DNA of 64,000 nucleotides from Seison nebaliae (GCA_023231475.1 JALJEE010002349.1:62001-126000); one strand, 5' to 3'; shown: positions 47,650-61,801, counted from the stretch's first letter. Notes: generated by a model from the letters alone, not told the origin. Numbers and translations: made by a program.

Positions 47650-49674
47650 TTAGAAATGACCGGCTGTACTTGGACGAATGTCATCGTTGATTCCGTATTG
47701 AGTCTCGTAGAATTTACTACGAATTGTCGTGTTAATCTTCCGACAACGACAGCAAAGTATCTCTTTGAAAGGCGTTCGAAAATCCCGATTAAATCTTGCA
47801 TAGATAATGGGATTGAAGAAAGAGTTGGAGTAGCCTAACCATAAGAAGATGGCGTCCAACAGTCTGGGAATTGGGTCGCGTTTGTATATGTCGAAATAGA
47901 TATATCTCACCAATTGACATATGAAGAATGGGAGCCAACATAGAATGAAGCAGCCCATAATGACACCGAGAGTGATCGTGGCTTTATGACTGGAGTGCGA
48001 CTGGGTGTTATTGATGGTACGACGACGTGCCATAAATGCGACGAAGGATTTCTTCTTCATCGGATTAAATACAACGGAAGTGAGACGAGGTGATGAGTTG
48101 AGCAAACGATAAATTGTACATCGACGATTGGTACGTTTCATGCGTTGTAGATTCTCTTCCGTCGAAGCACTATTGGGAATTTGGAGATGATTGTTATCGA
48201 ACGATTTCGAATAGAATGAATCCTTCAATTTCTTCTTCTCTAATGATGCTTCGTGAATCGTTTTCTCTATCGGATTGACGATTAAATATGCACTACCCGT
48301 AGCGTCCAATAATGTCGCACAAGCGCTATGGGAAGCAAGTACATGCATTGCACATTCGGGACATGCCGCAATGGACGAAGTAATACTATTCGTTTCGATT
48401 GATGACATTGGAGGAAGATTTATCTTATTACGATCTCGCATCGAATCGTTAAGATTACTTAACCGGAAAACAGCTTTATTCTCATCTTTCTCTCTTGTCG
48501 TCGATACTTCATCATTCGATCCGACAGAAATGAGAGAATTGGAGGGATCGATCGCTAAATAATTCTTTATTTCCATATTGGGATTGGGATTTCCATCATC
48601 ATTATTCGATAATCGATTCTCTTGTATCATCATCGAATTATTGTCTTTTTGACTATCATCTATCATCATATCTCGATTCTGAGACATGTTATCATTCGAT
48701 TGATTAAATACCACTAAATTATTGTCATTTGAAATTTCTTGATTGTCATTACTCAATTTACCTCGATTATTATCATCATCATCATTGTGATTTGTCAATA
48801 AACAACAACAGCAATATCGACAACAAGTATGAAGAATGTCGAGACATTTAGTCGTAAATTTCCTTTTAACGGGCTCAATTTCCACACCAGAACTATTCGC
48901 TTCGCTCAAATAGATGTTTTTAGCAGCCATAAAAATTTTAACATAAACAATAATAAGAATGATGAGAGGAACGTAGAATGAGAATGCAATTGCACATAAT
49001 TGATAAGTTAGATGTGTCGAATATCCACAATATTTGGGTAGGAATTTCGATGGTTTCCCATGCCACACTAAGAGTGGTGGAGAAATGACACAAGCACTCA
49101 AGAACCAGACTCCTAATATCATTCCTAACATCAATTTCGGCGTTCTCTTCGCTACGTAGCGGAAAGGCTTAGTAATTACGAAATATCTATCCACCGAAAT
49201 CACTACTAGATTCAGAATGGAGGCCGTACAAAGTAGTACATCGCCAGAAATCCAGATATCGCATAACAAAGCGCCTAAATTCCATTGACGATTGTTCAAT
49301 TCATGATATGTCGTCAAAGGCATAACAATCACTCCGACGAATAGGTCACTGATCGCCAGGCTGACAATGAGATAATTGGATGGAATTCGTAATTTCTTCA
49401 CAATTGCCACGGCGAATATGACGAGGAAATTCCCACAGATCGTTGCGAGCATCATCATGAGACAAATGATGCCAATGAATATTTGAATGGTGACACTGAG
49501 CTGATTTGCTTGAGGATTGACCACCATCGATTTTGTGGTGAAGGTTGACGAAGATAATTGATGGAGAGCATCATCGTCTTGAAATAGTGTTCGATTATTA
49601 AATTGGTGTTGATGTTGCTGCGATTGATATTGAGATATTTGGTTAGGAAGTAGAGAACGAAAATAAGAGGCCAT
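47650..49674 (-). CDS. HTR7: Biogenic amine GPCR, 5-HT7-like serotonin receptor
   Basis: Seven TM segments; D3.32 in DVLLCTASILNL, DRY, CWLPFF, NPIIYARFNRDFRTPFKEIL; long third intracellular loop. Confidence 0.85.
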   Translation of the reverse strand: MASYFRSLLPNQISQYQSQQHQHQFNNRTLFQDDDALHQLSSSTFTTKSMVVNPQANQLSVTIQIFIGIICLMMMLATICGNFLVIFAVAIVKKLRIPSNYLIVSLAISDLFVGVIVMPLTTYHELNNRQWNLGALLCDIWISGDVLLCTASILNLVVISVDRYFVITKPFRYVAKRTPKLMLGMILGVWFLSACVISPPLLVWHGKPSKFLPKYCGYSTHLTYQLCAIAFSFYVPLIILIIVYVKIFMAAKNIYLSEANSSGVEIEPVKRKFTTKCLDILHTCCRYCCCCLLTNHNDDDDNNRGKLSNDNQEISNDNNLVVFNQSNDNMSQNRDMMIDDSQKDNNSMMIQENRLSNNDDGNPNPNMEIKNYLAIDPSNSLISVGSNDEVSTTREKDENKAVFRLSNLNDSMRDRNKINLPPMSSIETNSITSSIAACPECAMHVLASHSACATLLDATGSAYLIVNPIEKTIHEASLEKKKLKDSFYSKSFDNNHLQIPNSASTEENLQRMKRTNRRCTIYRLLNSSPRLTSVVFNPMKKKSFVAFMARRRTINNTQSHSSHKATITLGVIMGCFILCWLPFFICQLVRYIYFDIYKRDPIPRLLDAIFLWLGYSNSFFNPIIYARFNRDFRTPFKEILCCRCRKINTTIRSKFYETQYGINDDIRPSTAGHF

Positions 49675-52600
49675 CCAACTGACTCCAATAAAAAATTGTT
49701 TCTTCTCGGAGGATTGTTAGTTATTTGAAATGGTTCGATAATTGGTCGCCTCTTCGATCTTTTTCTGCATATGATTGCCTGTTCATTTATGGCGATTTAT
49801 GAAAGAGGATTTCATTCATCATGTGAAATATTAAATAGGAATTAATGTTACTTTGATGTTCATTCTACAATTTCCTTTAAGTTCGAACTTCTGCTTATAA
49901 AAAGAAATGGAATGAATTGGATGAAATAAAATGGAATATTATTCAATTTCAATCAGACCATCCATCATAAACAAAAACGACGATATACGACAATGCCTCA
50001 CACTCGTACTCGTACATGTACTCGATATTCATTAGTTATAGTAAGATGTCATGCAATTTGCGTTGGAGCAGAAATACAATCTGTCGTAATAATTTGAGAT
50101 TGAGCGAGAAGTTTTGAGGAAACTTTTTATCGGAACGAAAATCCAGTTTCAGGAACTTGACGAAAACCGAGTAATGAATTCCTAATGGAATTAATTCTTA
50201 AATAATTCTATCCTAATTGTGATCATATTCAACTGCGAATGTCGAACGCCGGAAACATGTTGATTGGAAGAGATTAGGATAGTCTCTTAAGTCGAGAACA
50301 TTAGTTTGGGGGGAGACAAAGGAGGAAGATAAGCTTGACAGAATGATTGGCTATCTGTGAGCTGAGGAGGAGAAAAACAATAGAAATTAGACGAACATCG
50401 TAACTCATCAAAATAAAATGCAAATAGAATAAACTGATAATGAAGAAACAATGTTGAGTCATTTGTTTCTCTCATTTATGCAAATAATGGCGGAGTAGTC
50501 GAAGAATGAAAATTAAGTAGAGCGAAATATATATGTATGTATATTTGGGAGAAGGATGAACAGTGTTGTGAAGGGGGAGAACGAATAAAACGATAAACAG
50601 ATTCTCATGTCGATTATAGGTCGATATTGTTCTCCATCTATCATCTTTATCTTTTCAGTTCAATTGAATAGGAAGCAAAGGAAGAAATGGATAGGAAATG
50701 ATGAATATAGAAAGATGAAAAGAAGATGCTCACTTCTTTCTCAAAAGAAAATGCTGCAATTAAGCGCAGTAAAAAGGAATGGGAACGAAATTATTGAAAG
50801 AGACGATTATCGACTGACAATGACCATTATTATACTTCATGATTATCATTTGCAATTATTTCTTTCATAAATTTGCTTCACTAATTCTTTTTTCTGAAGC
50901 TAATGATCTGTCATTATTCAATGCATGCATTCTCCGCTTCTCCATCTGACCGACTAGAAGAGATTGCTCGTTAACTTCTAATAACATATAATAATAATAA
51001 CAACAACAACAAGAATAATATTCGTCTAAGATTGATTTCTTTTAAAATGCTCATCATCTTCCTCCAATACTAATTCCACACAACTTATTTTCTACAATCA
51101 ATTCCGTCTCAAATTCTACTCTTATATCCATTCATCCATCAATCCATCAACATCCGTCTGCACATTACTCCAAATCCTCCCCTTGTTCAAGTTCCATTAC
51201 ATAATGCAAACATGAACATTTCAGTTATCGATTCACTCTTCTCCACATCATCATCATTATCATCATCTCATTGAAATCAGAAACTCTTCAAGAACTTTAA
51301 AGGAGATAATCGTAATCGACATCTCATGTTTGTTTATAAAGTTCTCGAGTCACTACCTTCTTCTTAATAATATTCAACCGATCCTGATACTGTCTGCACA
51401 AACATCATTAAAATCGGAAATTATTGATTATCGAACATGAAAACGCTTTCGTAACTGCCTAAAATACATTAATCCTTAACATTCACATAAACATTCCATC
51501 ACTAAATCTGGGTAGACAAGAAACTTCCGAGATAGATGATATTCAGTTGAACGACTAATTAAAGAAAGCTAATTCTCATACTAACTACAAAGAGACCTAA
51601 TCATCGAGTGAACATTATTATCTCTAATGTTATTAATACCCCAAATAATATTATTATTAATTTCGTCAATAATTTCTACAGAAAAACAAAAATTAAAATT
51701 CCCATTTTACTTACGATCAGTGATCGTCGATCACAAAGTTAATATCGTTTCAAGTTGAATTAAAAATGAGAGAAAAATAATTTTCTCCAGTTGACATATA
51801 TATGTCAAGGAAAATTAAGTACTTAATTTTCAATTAAATTTCATCTTGTTAACATCATGAATATAGCGAATTCGAAAAGTCGAAAATTGACTAGTGAATT
51901 TTTTTGGTTCAGAGAATAAAAGAGAAAATAATGTCTTCATATTTCGTCTATGAAATGTTGATGTTCAATATGATACAATTCTGCTCATTCATTCATTTCA
52001 CTTATTCAATAATTATCAGATGAATATGAATTTAATTGTAGCTTTATTCCTCCCAACTATCAATCCACATCGTCCAACATATTATTCTTTCATTAGACAC
52101 AAAATGATCATTTCATTTCGACGTTTTGTACTCCAAAAAAATTAAGATTCTTCACATATCCATTAATTCGTTCTCTACATAAACATTAAAATACTGAAAT
52201 TACGTTCACTTCGTTAGCATCAATGGCATCAAATAATCGTTCATTCCACTCTTATATCAAATTCTCCATTGTGACTTATATGAAAGACGTATTATTTGCA
52301 GGATAAACGTCAAAGGATAATAAAATTAATAACATTGTCTTGTTAGGTTAATAATATTTGTTATGATGGTTTTAATGAGAGGTTATATGGTTCCCAAAAG
52401 AAAACAATCATGAGAAATGAACAAGATATGAACATGAATTATCGTGGAAATTTAAGAAAATTTCAATGTTCAACATTGACTTGAGCATTTCCGATGGATG
52501 AGAACGAGATATGTCTATCAGTCCGGTAGTATATCATTCACTTCGTTGTACATGCACTAAGAGAGTTGTGTTGTTCGTTAACATAAATCATATTTAAATT

Positions 52601-52880
52601 CTCATTATTCCCGAATCGAATGAAGGAAAGGCGTTTAAAGACATCTCTTTATCGTTTCATGATCATCAACGTTATCATCGCCAGCAGCAATAGCAGCAGT
52701 ATAGACGTCTTAGAAAAACTATAAAAATAAAAGAAAATTTCGAATAATTTTTCTTCTTTGTTCTCATTCATCTTATAACATTCCATAAAATATAATTTTC
52801 TTTCATTTTCAAAAAAATGTTATTGAAAAATTGAAAAAAAATGTGAATTCCTTAAAGAAAATAGGAATGCATTAAAAAGA

Positions 52881-53174
52881 TTATACAACAACATTTATGA
52901 TAGATAATCCATCATTAATCAAGATAAACGTAGAGATAAACAAAACAAGAGAAATAGTTAAGAGGGAAATATGAGTTGAAAGAGAATTACAATCCGTAAT
53001 ATTATTTAAAAAATGATTAAATGATAAACTATTCGATATGGATGGAACGATTTGATAATCCTCTTCTGTTCGAAACACAGTACGATCGCTGCATTTGTCG
53101 TTATTGTCCTTTAGCAATAGCAATTTGAATGTATGTTCGTGGAAGAGGTATGCGCAAATTTCGTCTGCCACCAA
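52881..53174 (-). CDS. Possible last exon of a GPI-anchored or tail-anchored protein
   Basis: Open frame ending in a hydrophobic C-terminus (ISLLTISLVLFISTFILI); upstream exons not resolved. Confidence 0.3.
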   Translation of the reverse strand: MVADEICAYLFHEHTFKLLLLKDNNDKCSDRTVFRTEEDYQIVPSISNSLSFNHFLNNITDCNSLSTHISLLTISLVLFISTFILINDGLSIINVVV

Positions 53175-55550
53175 GAAGAAGAGAACCTCATTCGCAGAAG
53201 GAAAAAGGTAATAATTTAATTAGAAAATCTTGAAAATTCGCCTGAATGAACAAAAATGAATCCAATATCTACTTAATACTTCAATTATAAATCTAGCCAA
53301 AATACATGTGCACAGCTCTCATCAGTTAAATTCGAGTTTTATATTCTTCTTTAATTAAATTTCAAACTTCATTATTTTGATGACATTTCACCAATATCGG
53401 ATGTAAATGGAATTTATGTAAATCATCGTCACAAGAATCTCATCTTATTATTAACCGTATTGTTATTAGATAATCATTCGTTTCCATTTATCAATTTATT
53501 ATGATTTCAAAAAAGATCACTAGAGGTGAAAAAAAAAATATTATTATCTTTCATCGAAAACAAACGATACGTATAAAAATAATATTGGTAATTTCAATTG
53601 TAGACGACTGTCTACGATGAGTTTCTGTCTCGAAAGTTCGCACCATATGTAAAAACAATAATTAGGTAACATAATTTATGCGATATTTGTCTTATATATT
53701 TTACTTTTTTGTTCTTATAAATAATTATTGATAATAAAGGAATTCATTCATTTAGTTTCCTTAATTGTGGAAAAGTGCACATTTTAATTTTGAAAGTTTT
53801 TCAAGAAAACCAATATTTATTGGGTAATTTATTATAGGATTTTCCAATAGGATATTCGAATTCAGAATAACATTATGAATAATGGATTTGAATTTCTAAA
53901 CTGTTTTCTTAATATTAAGTGGGAAATCAATAAATAAAATGTTTCTATAATTACATAAGTATTCGATAATAAATAGTTTATATGAATTATACATTCGGAT
54001 AAGAGTTCCGATGAATATAAACTATTTAATTGATGATGAATAGTATTACCCCTGAACAGTTGCTTTAACTTCAGTACGTGGTAGGAGGAAATAATAAGTA
54101 AAATAAAAATAATTGAAAAATAAAAACATTATTATTATTTTTCGAAACATTCACCATATTATGTGATAATAATATGATGTAGATTTAATGAAGAAAATGA
54201 TAAATGGTTTATGAGTTGTAATACAATCTTATAAGAAAATAGTCTATTCTTTTATGTTCTTCCATTGCCAATACTATTCTCCGTTCCATTCCTACATTTT
54301 CTTCTTATTTATGTTACAGATTGATGGAGACACTTTTCTTCATTCTCTAAAAATCTTCTTCTTCGCATGCACAAAACTCATACACATGCGCTGAAAAAGC
54401 CTAGCCATTGACATATGTTGTTGTGTTAAGATCTTTATTAGGGAAAACAATCAGGACAGCCGAATTGCTAAATAAGAATACAGACATCATTCAACCAAGC
54501 TCATGTGTCAAGAAGTCAAAAGGTTTATCGATCATTCCAAAAGAGAGAGACGGTGTAGGAGAGAATTGTAAAATTAAACGTTGAAATTTCAGAAAAAGGT
54601 TTTCATCCGTCAAATGGTGGAAAATAGTTATTCCAATCGTCTTACCAATTTACGCAATTGCTATTATGCGCAAAACTAAATGTTGAAACTGACGACGATT
54701 ATGAATATAGGATACACGACAACGTCATTTTCTTTGTAGAGCTCATAATTAATAAAGCACACTCTCCCACCTCCTCCGATGACGACCAAACAAACAACTT
54801 GGGCGAAGTTTTTTTTCAAAATTCGGTCTTCATTAAAATTCATGTTTTATTATTAGAGAAATGGTGAAAATATTACCTCGTCTTTTCATGCAGAGCTCGT
54901 GAGACGGAATGTAATTGTTGGAGGAAAAAATTGAGTAAAATATTGGATAATAAAACGGAGGTGATATCAGTTGAATGAAGCGAAGGTAAGTGGTAATGTG
55001 TGATTATGTGAAAGTTCAATATAAAAAGAAATTGGATAAAAAATCTATAAGTTTCTACTCCTGCCTCTCTGTCGATGTAGCGAGTGGATCAATAAATAGT
55101 TTTATTAGGTCGCTGCACTCATGCCTAAATTCAATCACTTTACTTCCATAAGAATTACGTCGACAATTGGCGTAAAAACAGATATGGAACATAAATTCGA
55201 ATGTTAAATCCTTTCAGATATTCATCAATTGCTAACACATATACTCACATGATTATTCTCTAATTGTCGTGCAGATAAGAAAGATGAGATATTAGAATGG
55301 AAGAAATATAGAGTGATCATATGAGAATGGAATAGATTTGGTGTTTTATTTATTACAACCGATACTTGTCCTTCTAAAAACTAGTCAAAATTGCCGTTAT
55401 TTTCTTATACATCATCGTCTAACAATGTGAAGAGTGAAGATGTTGTACGAAGTTTTGCAGATGATAAATATTATCCGTCTTCCCTTTAGAGATGATCCGT
55501 CATACATTTAAATTACTTACTATATTTTCGTGTTGCATGAAACGAATATT

Positions 55551-55567
55551 AACTTCACGCTTCAATT
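55551..55567 (+). promoter_or_regulatory. Candidate paired-domain (Pax6-consensus) binding site
   Basis: AACTTCACGCTTCAATT matches ANNTTCACGCWTSANTK. Confidence 0.3.
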
Positions 55568-57940
55568 TGCATCTGTATCCGATATAAGTCGGAGCATATA
55601 ATTACCTCATTCAATAATTCAATCTACTTCTCCGTTTCTTCGATTATTGAATGAGAGCAACATCCATCCAAATATATTTATTTGTTGCGATAATTTAATT
55701 CAATTTATCTGGATCTATTCCCTATTTGAGTGGGGGAGAATAAAACTTCACTAATCCTCATTTAATGGAGTAATAATTAATAACATACTCTATATTTATT
55801 CTATTACACATCAACCATCATGACAACTCTCCTAACTAATTGTGACATTAGAGAGAATGGAGATGTTGATGCAAATATTCTGGAAAAAGGTGGAAGATGT
55901 AGCAGATGCCACCAACAATGGAAAATGTCAATATAATAAATAATCATATTCAAAACAACGGAATGAACACAATCGAAAATTGCCATATCTTAACACAGCG
56001 ACAACACGATAAACATTCACTAATCATTATGTTCCAATTGAAGTGCATATTAGAAGAAATATCATGCAATTATTTTACTTCCAATAAAAATAACTTCACA
56101 ATTTCAACGAGCACTTTCAACACCTGAGAGCACGATATTTCCATCCAATATCATTATTAAATGATTATAATATCGAAATGTCTTTTCGGATATTTGAACC
56201 AACCAAAAATTTCCCCAAAATCAATTTTTATTATGCTTATAGTGAAAAAGTTTATTAAGGAGACCTCTCAAAATCTGGTTGTGGGAATTGGAAAATCAAA
56301 ATTATTCAACTGATAATTAAATAATCACAAATTAAATTATTAGAATTTTATGATTAAACTTAAATTTACTTATTGACCTAAAGCAGAATTTCAATCAATT
56401 CACTCACAAGATGTGTCAAGTGTACATGAGAATTTGATGATTATATAGTTACTATTTTGTAGTTAGTAGCCACAGATATTTATCTCGTGAAATATCAACA
56501 AAATGGAAATAATTTCCTCTAACGACGACGACAAATTATGATTCATGAAAATCGGTGTCAGAGAAATGCATAGAAGAAGTGTGACAGTATTCATAATGTA
56601 TCGAAGTGAGAAGGTATGATTTTCACATTGATCATTCGTTGACTTTTCATTATGAGCTCAATTGAATATTAATCGAATAAATCTCCCAAAGCAGCAGAGG
56701 AAACAGAAGAAACGAAATAAGAAGAACCGTTATCCCTTATTAGAGAGAACACTAGTAGAAAAACAACATAACATCGTGCGAATAACAGCATATTGGACAT
56801 CGAACAGAATATTTAATTCCGATTCTCTTATCATAATACTGGTACTTTATTCTGTCCATGCACATCATATCCACTATATCACACTATAGCATATGTATGA
56901 AGAATGTTGTTGAAATTGTAAAAGAAAAGAAGGAGCAGGAAGGAAGTTATTCATAGAACTGATTAGACATATACAGAACCATCAAATATCGATGGCAGAA
57001 ATGCGAGATAGTTTTTTTAAGGACATTACACTATGTCTAAATCGACATCAAATGTTCATGAATCGTATAACAAAAAATTCTTTTCATACCTGATTTGAAT
57101 AGATATAGATTTTAAAATTTTTCTTACATAACATTCGTCTATAACTAATTAGCAATATTGATTTCCGTCATACGGAAGGAATAAATCATCGTACAGTCAT
57201 CATTCATTCATTTTTCCCGCATCACAACCTTTGTTCACCTACTCTCTCATATCCGCATCACACACCATTGTTGATGGTGACAAGTTACGTTGGGAGTGGA
57301 CGAACATATATACGTAATGGTAGCACGATACTCTCATAATTGTCTCACTATTCTCTACTATGATGCAAACCATTAATGAAAGAGCTCGAATCATAATACT
57401 TCCATTTGACTCGGAGGAAATATGTTAACAGTCAAAATTAACATTTCTTTTAGCAGTTTCAAAACTTAATTAAAAATCCAATCTCACATTCATGAGACTG
57501 TAAAGGAAAATGCAGGTCGATTAGAATAATCGACTTCTCCAAATTGCAGGTAATCTTATTCGGTTGGGACTTCTAATAAATTATCCCCCTAATTTCTTCG
57601 AGTAACATTAAATTTTATCGGATTCTGATTTTGTTACAAGAAGGAAATACACATGCATAAGAAGAAATGATCGTTATCAACTTTCCGACCTTTTACTTTG
57701 CAATATTAACACTTATAATTGAAAAGCAAAGAGAAATCCATGTGGATTGAACTTCATCCGATCATCTAACGGAAAAGGTAATAAAAAATCTCTCTTCACA
57801 TTCCACCATCTTCTTAGTCAACACAACAACGTTATTATTATTTTGTCGATAATCTTTAAATTATTTCCGGTTCACTAAAATCCGTTCCGAGAAGAGAACT
57901 TATCAGTGAAATTAAGATCATTTTTCCCACCATTTCTCGT

Positions 57941-59790
57941 ATGAGAGAACTGTCGCGAACAATGAGCACTTCAATTATTCCTCGTTCAAGTCTCTCATCT
58001 AATCGGAAGATAATCAGCAGACCGTCAATCATTCCATTAAGCTCTAATTCTTCCAATCCGAAGAATCAACAAACGAACATCTATCACGTGAAGGATAGTC
58101 GACTCATTCAAACGTTTTGGCAGACGAAATCCAAATTAGTCTCCAGTGTCGCCATCCGACTGCGTAACATTTGTGAAAAGAATCGGAACGAAGAAAAGGT
58201 TATTAAACATTTTACGTAGTAGTTGAAGATCATCATCTCATAATAGCATCAGTTGATTATAGAAAGATTTAAATTCTGCGTCAATCGCGTAATATTAGCA
58301 TTACGTTCAGCTACATATCTTTGTCGTCGATATCGTATTCTGGACACTTCGACACCACATCAGATGGAAGAGAAAGTGATGGAAGATAAAGTCGTTTCAC
58401 AACAATTTAATTTCAATTTGAATTATTATAAGAGAAGTAAAGAAGTTAGAAAGTTGTGGGAAATGAATTTTAATAAAATGATGGACAGAAAGCACTCTCG
58501 CCTATGATTGTGGAGATATTAAGGAAGCCTATCTCCCAAAGAACTGATCAGAAGAAGAAAATTGCAATTTATGGATTAACGTCCTATATGAATTCGTTCG
58601 GAAAATTCTCGTTTGATATTCAACGATATATAGTCACTTTCGGTTATTATGTTCACTATCAACAACGACGAATATTATATCGGAAATATCAACGGCCTCT
58701 CTATTTTTATTATATTCTCAAGGGAAATGGTTACAATATTTTCTATCATAGTAATTTTTCCTAAGAATTATAAAATTGTCTTCTCATTTCACAATTGATG
58801 GGAATTTAGTGGAAATTATAGATGTAAAATTTGATAAAGAAACGAATAGGAAAGAAAAAATTTTCAAACAATTATTTCGACGAGGTGATTGTTTTGGAGT
58901 TAAATTTATTTTCATCCGAAATCTCATTCATTCTCTTAACGACGATTCGTCCCATAATTTTCTCGGTGGCAACTCAATTGGAAAAAAAGGAAACTGATTT
59001 AATTTACAATCGACCACGATCCTTCTCCACCATCGTCGATAAAGATACAATTCTTTTAGTTATCGATTACGACACATATATCCCTTTCATAACTAATTTG
59101 AAAGAAGATATTCATTATAAATCATTCGTCGATTATTTCCACCAAAATGATATTTCAATCGATCGGAAAATCTTCGATCGGAAAGAATGTTGTTTCTCAT
59201 CGTATTTCAGGTGAGTTATAGAATTGGGGAATAATTTACACATATGTTTTCAGGAACAAACAACTCATTTGGAAGCCGAATGACCAAACACGATTTCTCT
59301 ATTTCATAAAGAACGGGAAATGCTTGATATATAAGAAGATAAACTTTAATAAATCTTCCGTCATTCTGACGATAGGACAATTAGGAAAAAATTCATTAAT
59401 TGTTAATACTTATTTTGAATGTGCATATACTTTGCATCATTAATGCACATATTAGATTCCGCATCAACATAAGGATATTTGGATGGAATCGAACGGGACG
59501 GAATGTCTGTTGTTGGACTACGAAGAAGTGAGGAAAGATTTGAATATGAAAACAATCGAAAAAATAGAATCATTAGTTAGTATATGTTATTTATCGTTTG
59601 ATATGTATCATTATATTTTATAAATTAACTTGTCAATGATACATGACAGTTCATCCACATTCCCAATGATGATACACTAATCAACCGATATGTTATCGAC
59701 ATGAAATGGAAGGAATACAAACGAGAATTATTATATGAAACAGTTAAAAAACGACACTCGTTGAAACAGTTAAGAGACAAAGTTTATTGA
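57941..59790 (+). CDS. Cyclic-nucleotide-binding-domain protein (CNBD2-like), multi-exon; start approximate
   Basis: RRILYRKYQRPLYFYYILKG, RGDCFG and RPRSFSTI motifs; second lobe FLYFIKNGKC; C-terminal IPNDDTLINRY..MKWKEYKRELL. Confidence 0.68.
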
Positions 59791-59941
59791 AACAATTCAA
59801 TCTAAATTAATTTCTTCTCGTTATTGTTGTTGTTGTTATTGTAAATAAATGAACATATAAAAAGAAAGGATATTGGAGGGAAGGAAAAGGAAATATATTT
59901 CTCAATTTTATTCTCTGCTGATAAAATTTGTAGTTGGGGGA

Positions 59942-61801
59942 ATGAAATTTCTAATAACTCCATTGTTGTTACTTCACATTCTCATTATACGAATTGTCAA
60001 TTCTGCCAATACGCCATTAGTCACATTGGAGAAGCAGAAAACTACACAGAGCTATCAAGTGACAGATGAAGTGCTCAACGGTTTATCATTCATTCGTGAT
60101 TCTCTTGAACATTCCTATTGGAATTTTCCAGCTATCGATAGGAAAACGGCAGATTTCATCAATTTTCCATTCGTTGCAATTAAAGGAAAAGATTTCTATT
60201 ATTTGCCTTGCGATTTACGTCTCCCCGAGAAGATGTACGAAAAAACATTCCTCAATTCCGATTCTAATTTTATTACGTTATGGTATCGGAATGACAGACA
60301 AATTTTAACAATGCAATTCAATTTGAATCGTCAAACGAAACAAGCTGAATTTCAAAAATCCGAAATTACTAACTACGCCTATTTCCTGGGTCAATTTCAG
60401 CAAGGTCAACACTAACTCTAACTCCAATTAATTCTCTAATAAGAATCATATAATCAGGTAATTTCGGTCTAATTCTTCGTAACGTCACCGATGTTCATTC
60501 AGGCATTTATCGATGTGAAGTATATAAAGCTCAACATGGAAATCGATTAAGCTTACCCTTGGCTGCTAGTCATTACGCTGTACGTGTTATAGGTTAGAAA
60601 TTTGAGAGATTGTTGTAGAAGAGGAAAAGGAAACAAGAGAACAATTTATCAATGTCTATTAGTTCCCATAAGTACTTTAATAATAGGTGTTAACGATGTC
60701 TATCAATTTTGTTCAATATTACCTCATTGAAGGATGAGGATGAAGTGGAAACGGATAATGATGATAATGATCATATAAATTTTGGAAATTGAACTCTTGA
60801 AATATTCGTCTATGTTTATTTAGATCGGAGTAGATGTACAGAGAAGTATTGCAATAAATATCCCATACAATCCTGGTGTGAATCATATGTTCGATTGAAA
60901 GGCGGTTGTTGTCTCCGTTGTCAAGGTTACTTATGGAACTGACGAGATTAATAATCATAAATATATTTCCCTCCATCGTTTACATAGATGAATTCTCTTA
61001 TACGAATCATATTCAGGTTCTGGGGAAGAGTATTACGAAACTCCTGAAAAAAAGAGAACGAGATACATTGGAAAGTTATTAAAAAATTTCCCATTTTTTC
61101 CAGATCATTTCCTTTCACTCATTCATTATCGATAATACTCTCAATGAAGAGAATGGTGTGGGGGGTGACTTGGAAGAGAATTGTGAAAAAGAAAAAGATA
61201 AGACGAAATGCACAAACATAAGGAAAAGGAGCCGAATACGGTGAGTGGAATAAAGAAAATGTATTTAATTTTAGAAGAACAGAAGTGTTATTTAAAAGGC
61301 ATAGTCTCCCATCATTCCGAATGTGCAGTGAAGTGGGAGCAATTATCGGTTCAAGGTTGGCGGACAACAATGTTCGGTAATTACGTTTCAATCGAATCGA
61401 CATAAATTTTGAGAATAAAGGAAAAATTCGAATTTAGTCACTTACTCTCCCCTTCCCAAGTTAGTTAGAGAAAGTGGTAATCAGATAAACGTTCTTCTTC
61501 CGAAATCGGGTGGGCACGATATGTAATCTAAACGATTGATTCAGCTAATTAAATTAATTCTTCTGGCTCTCATTTTCCTTCCTTCCTTCCTTCCGACTAA
61601 TTCGTTACGATTCGAACAAAATAATTGAAATCTGTTTACATTTATCTATTAGATTTGCAATACGAGGAACGACCGGGAAGGAAGGCAGCTATTCACGGCT
61701 TAATCATATTGAACATTGTTCTCTTCCTCATTCTCTTCGGATTGATCTTTCTCTACAATCGTCAAGTACGTAAAATTTTGAAAGACAAAATGAAACTATG
61801 A
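59942..61801 (+). CDS. Type I membrane Ig-superfamily protein, multi-exon
   Basis: Signal peptide; V-type Ig motif LPCDL...LWYRND...LILRNVTDVHSGIYRCEV; further Cys/Trp-containing exons; C-terminal TM helix LIILNIVLFLILFGLIFLY with a short basic tail. Confidence 0.7.

Noticed and set aside
51791..51808. Perfect palindromes TTGACATATATATGTCAA and TTCACATATATGTGAA (46936-46951)
   Set aside because: Centred on (AT)n cores and expected occasionally in AT-rich DNA
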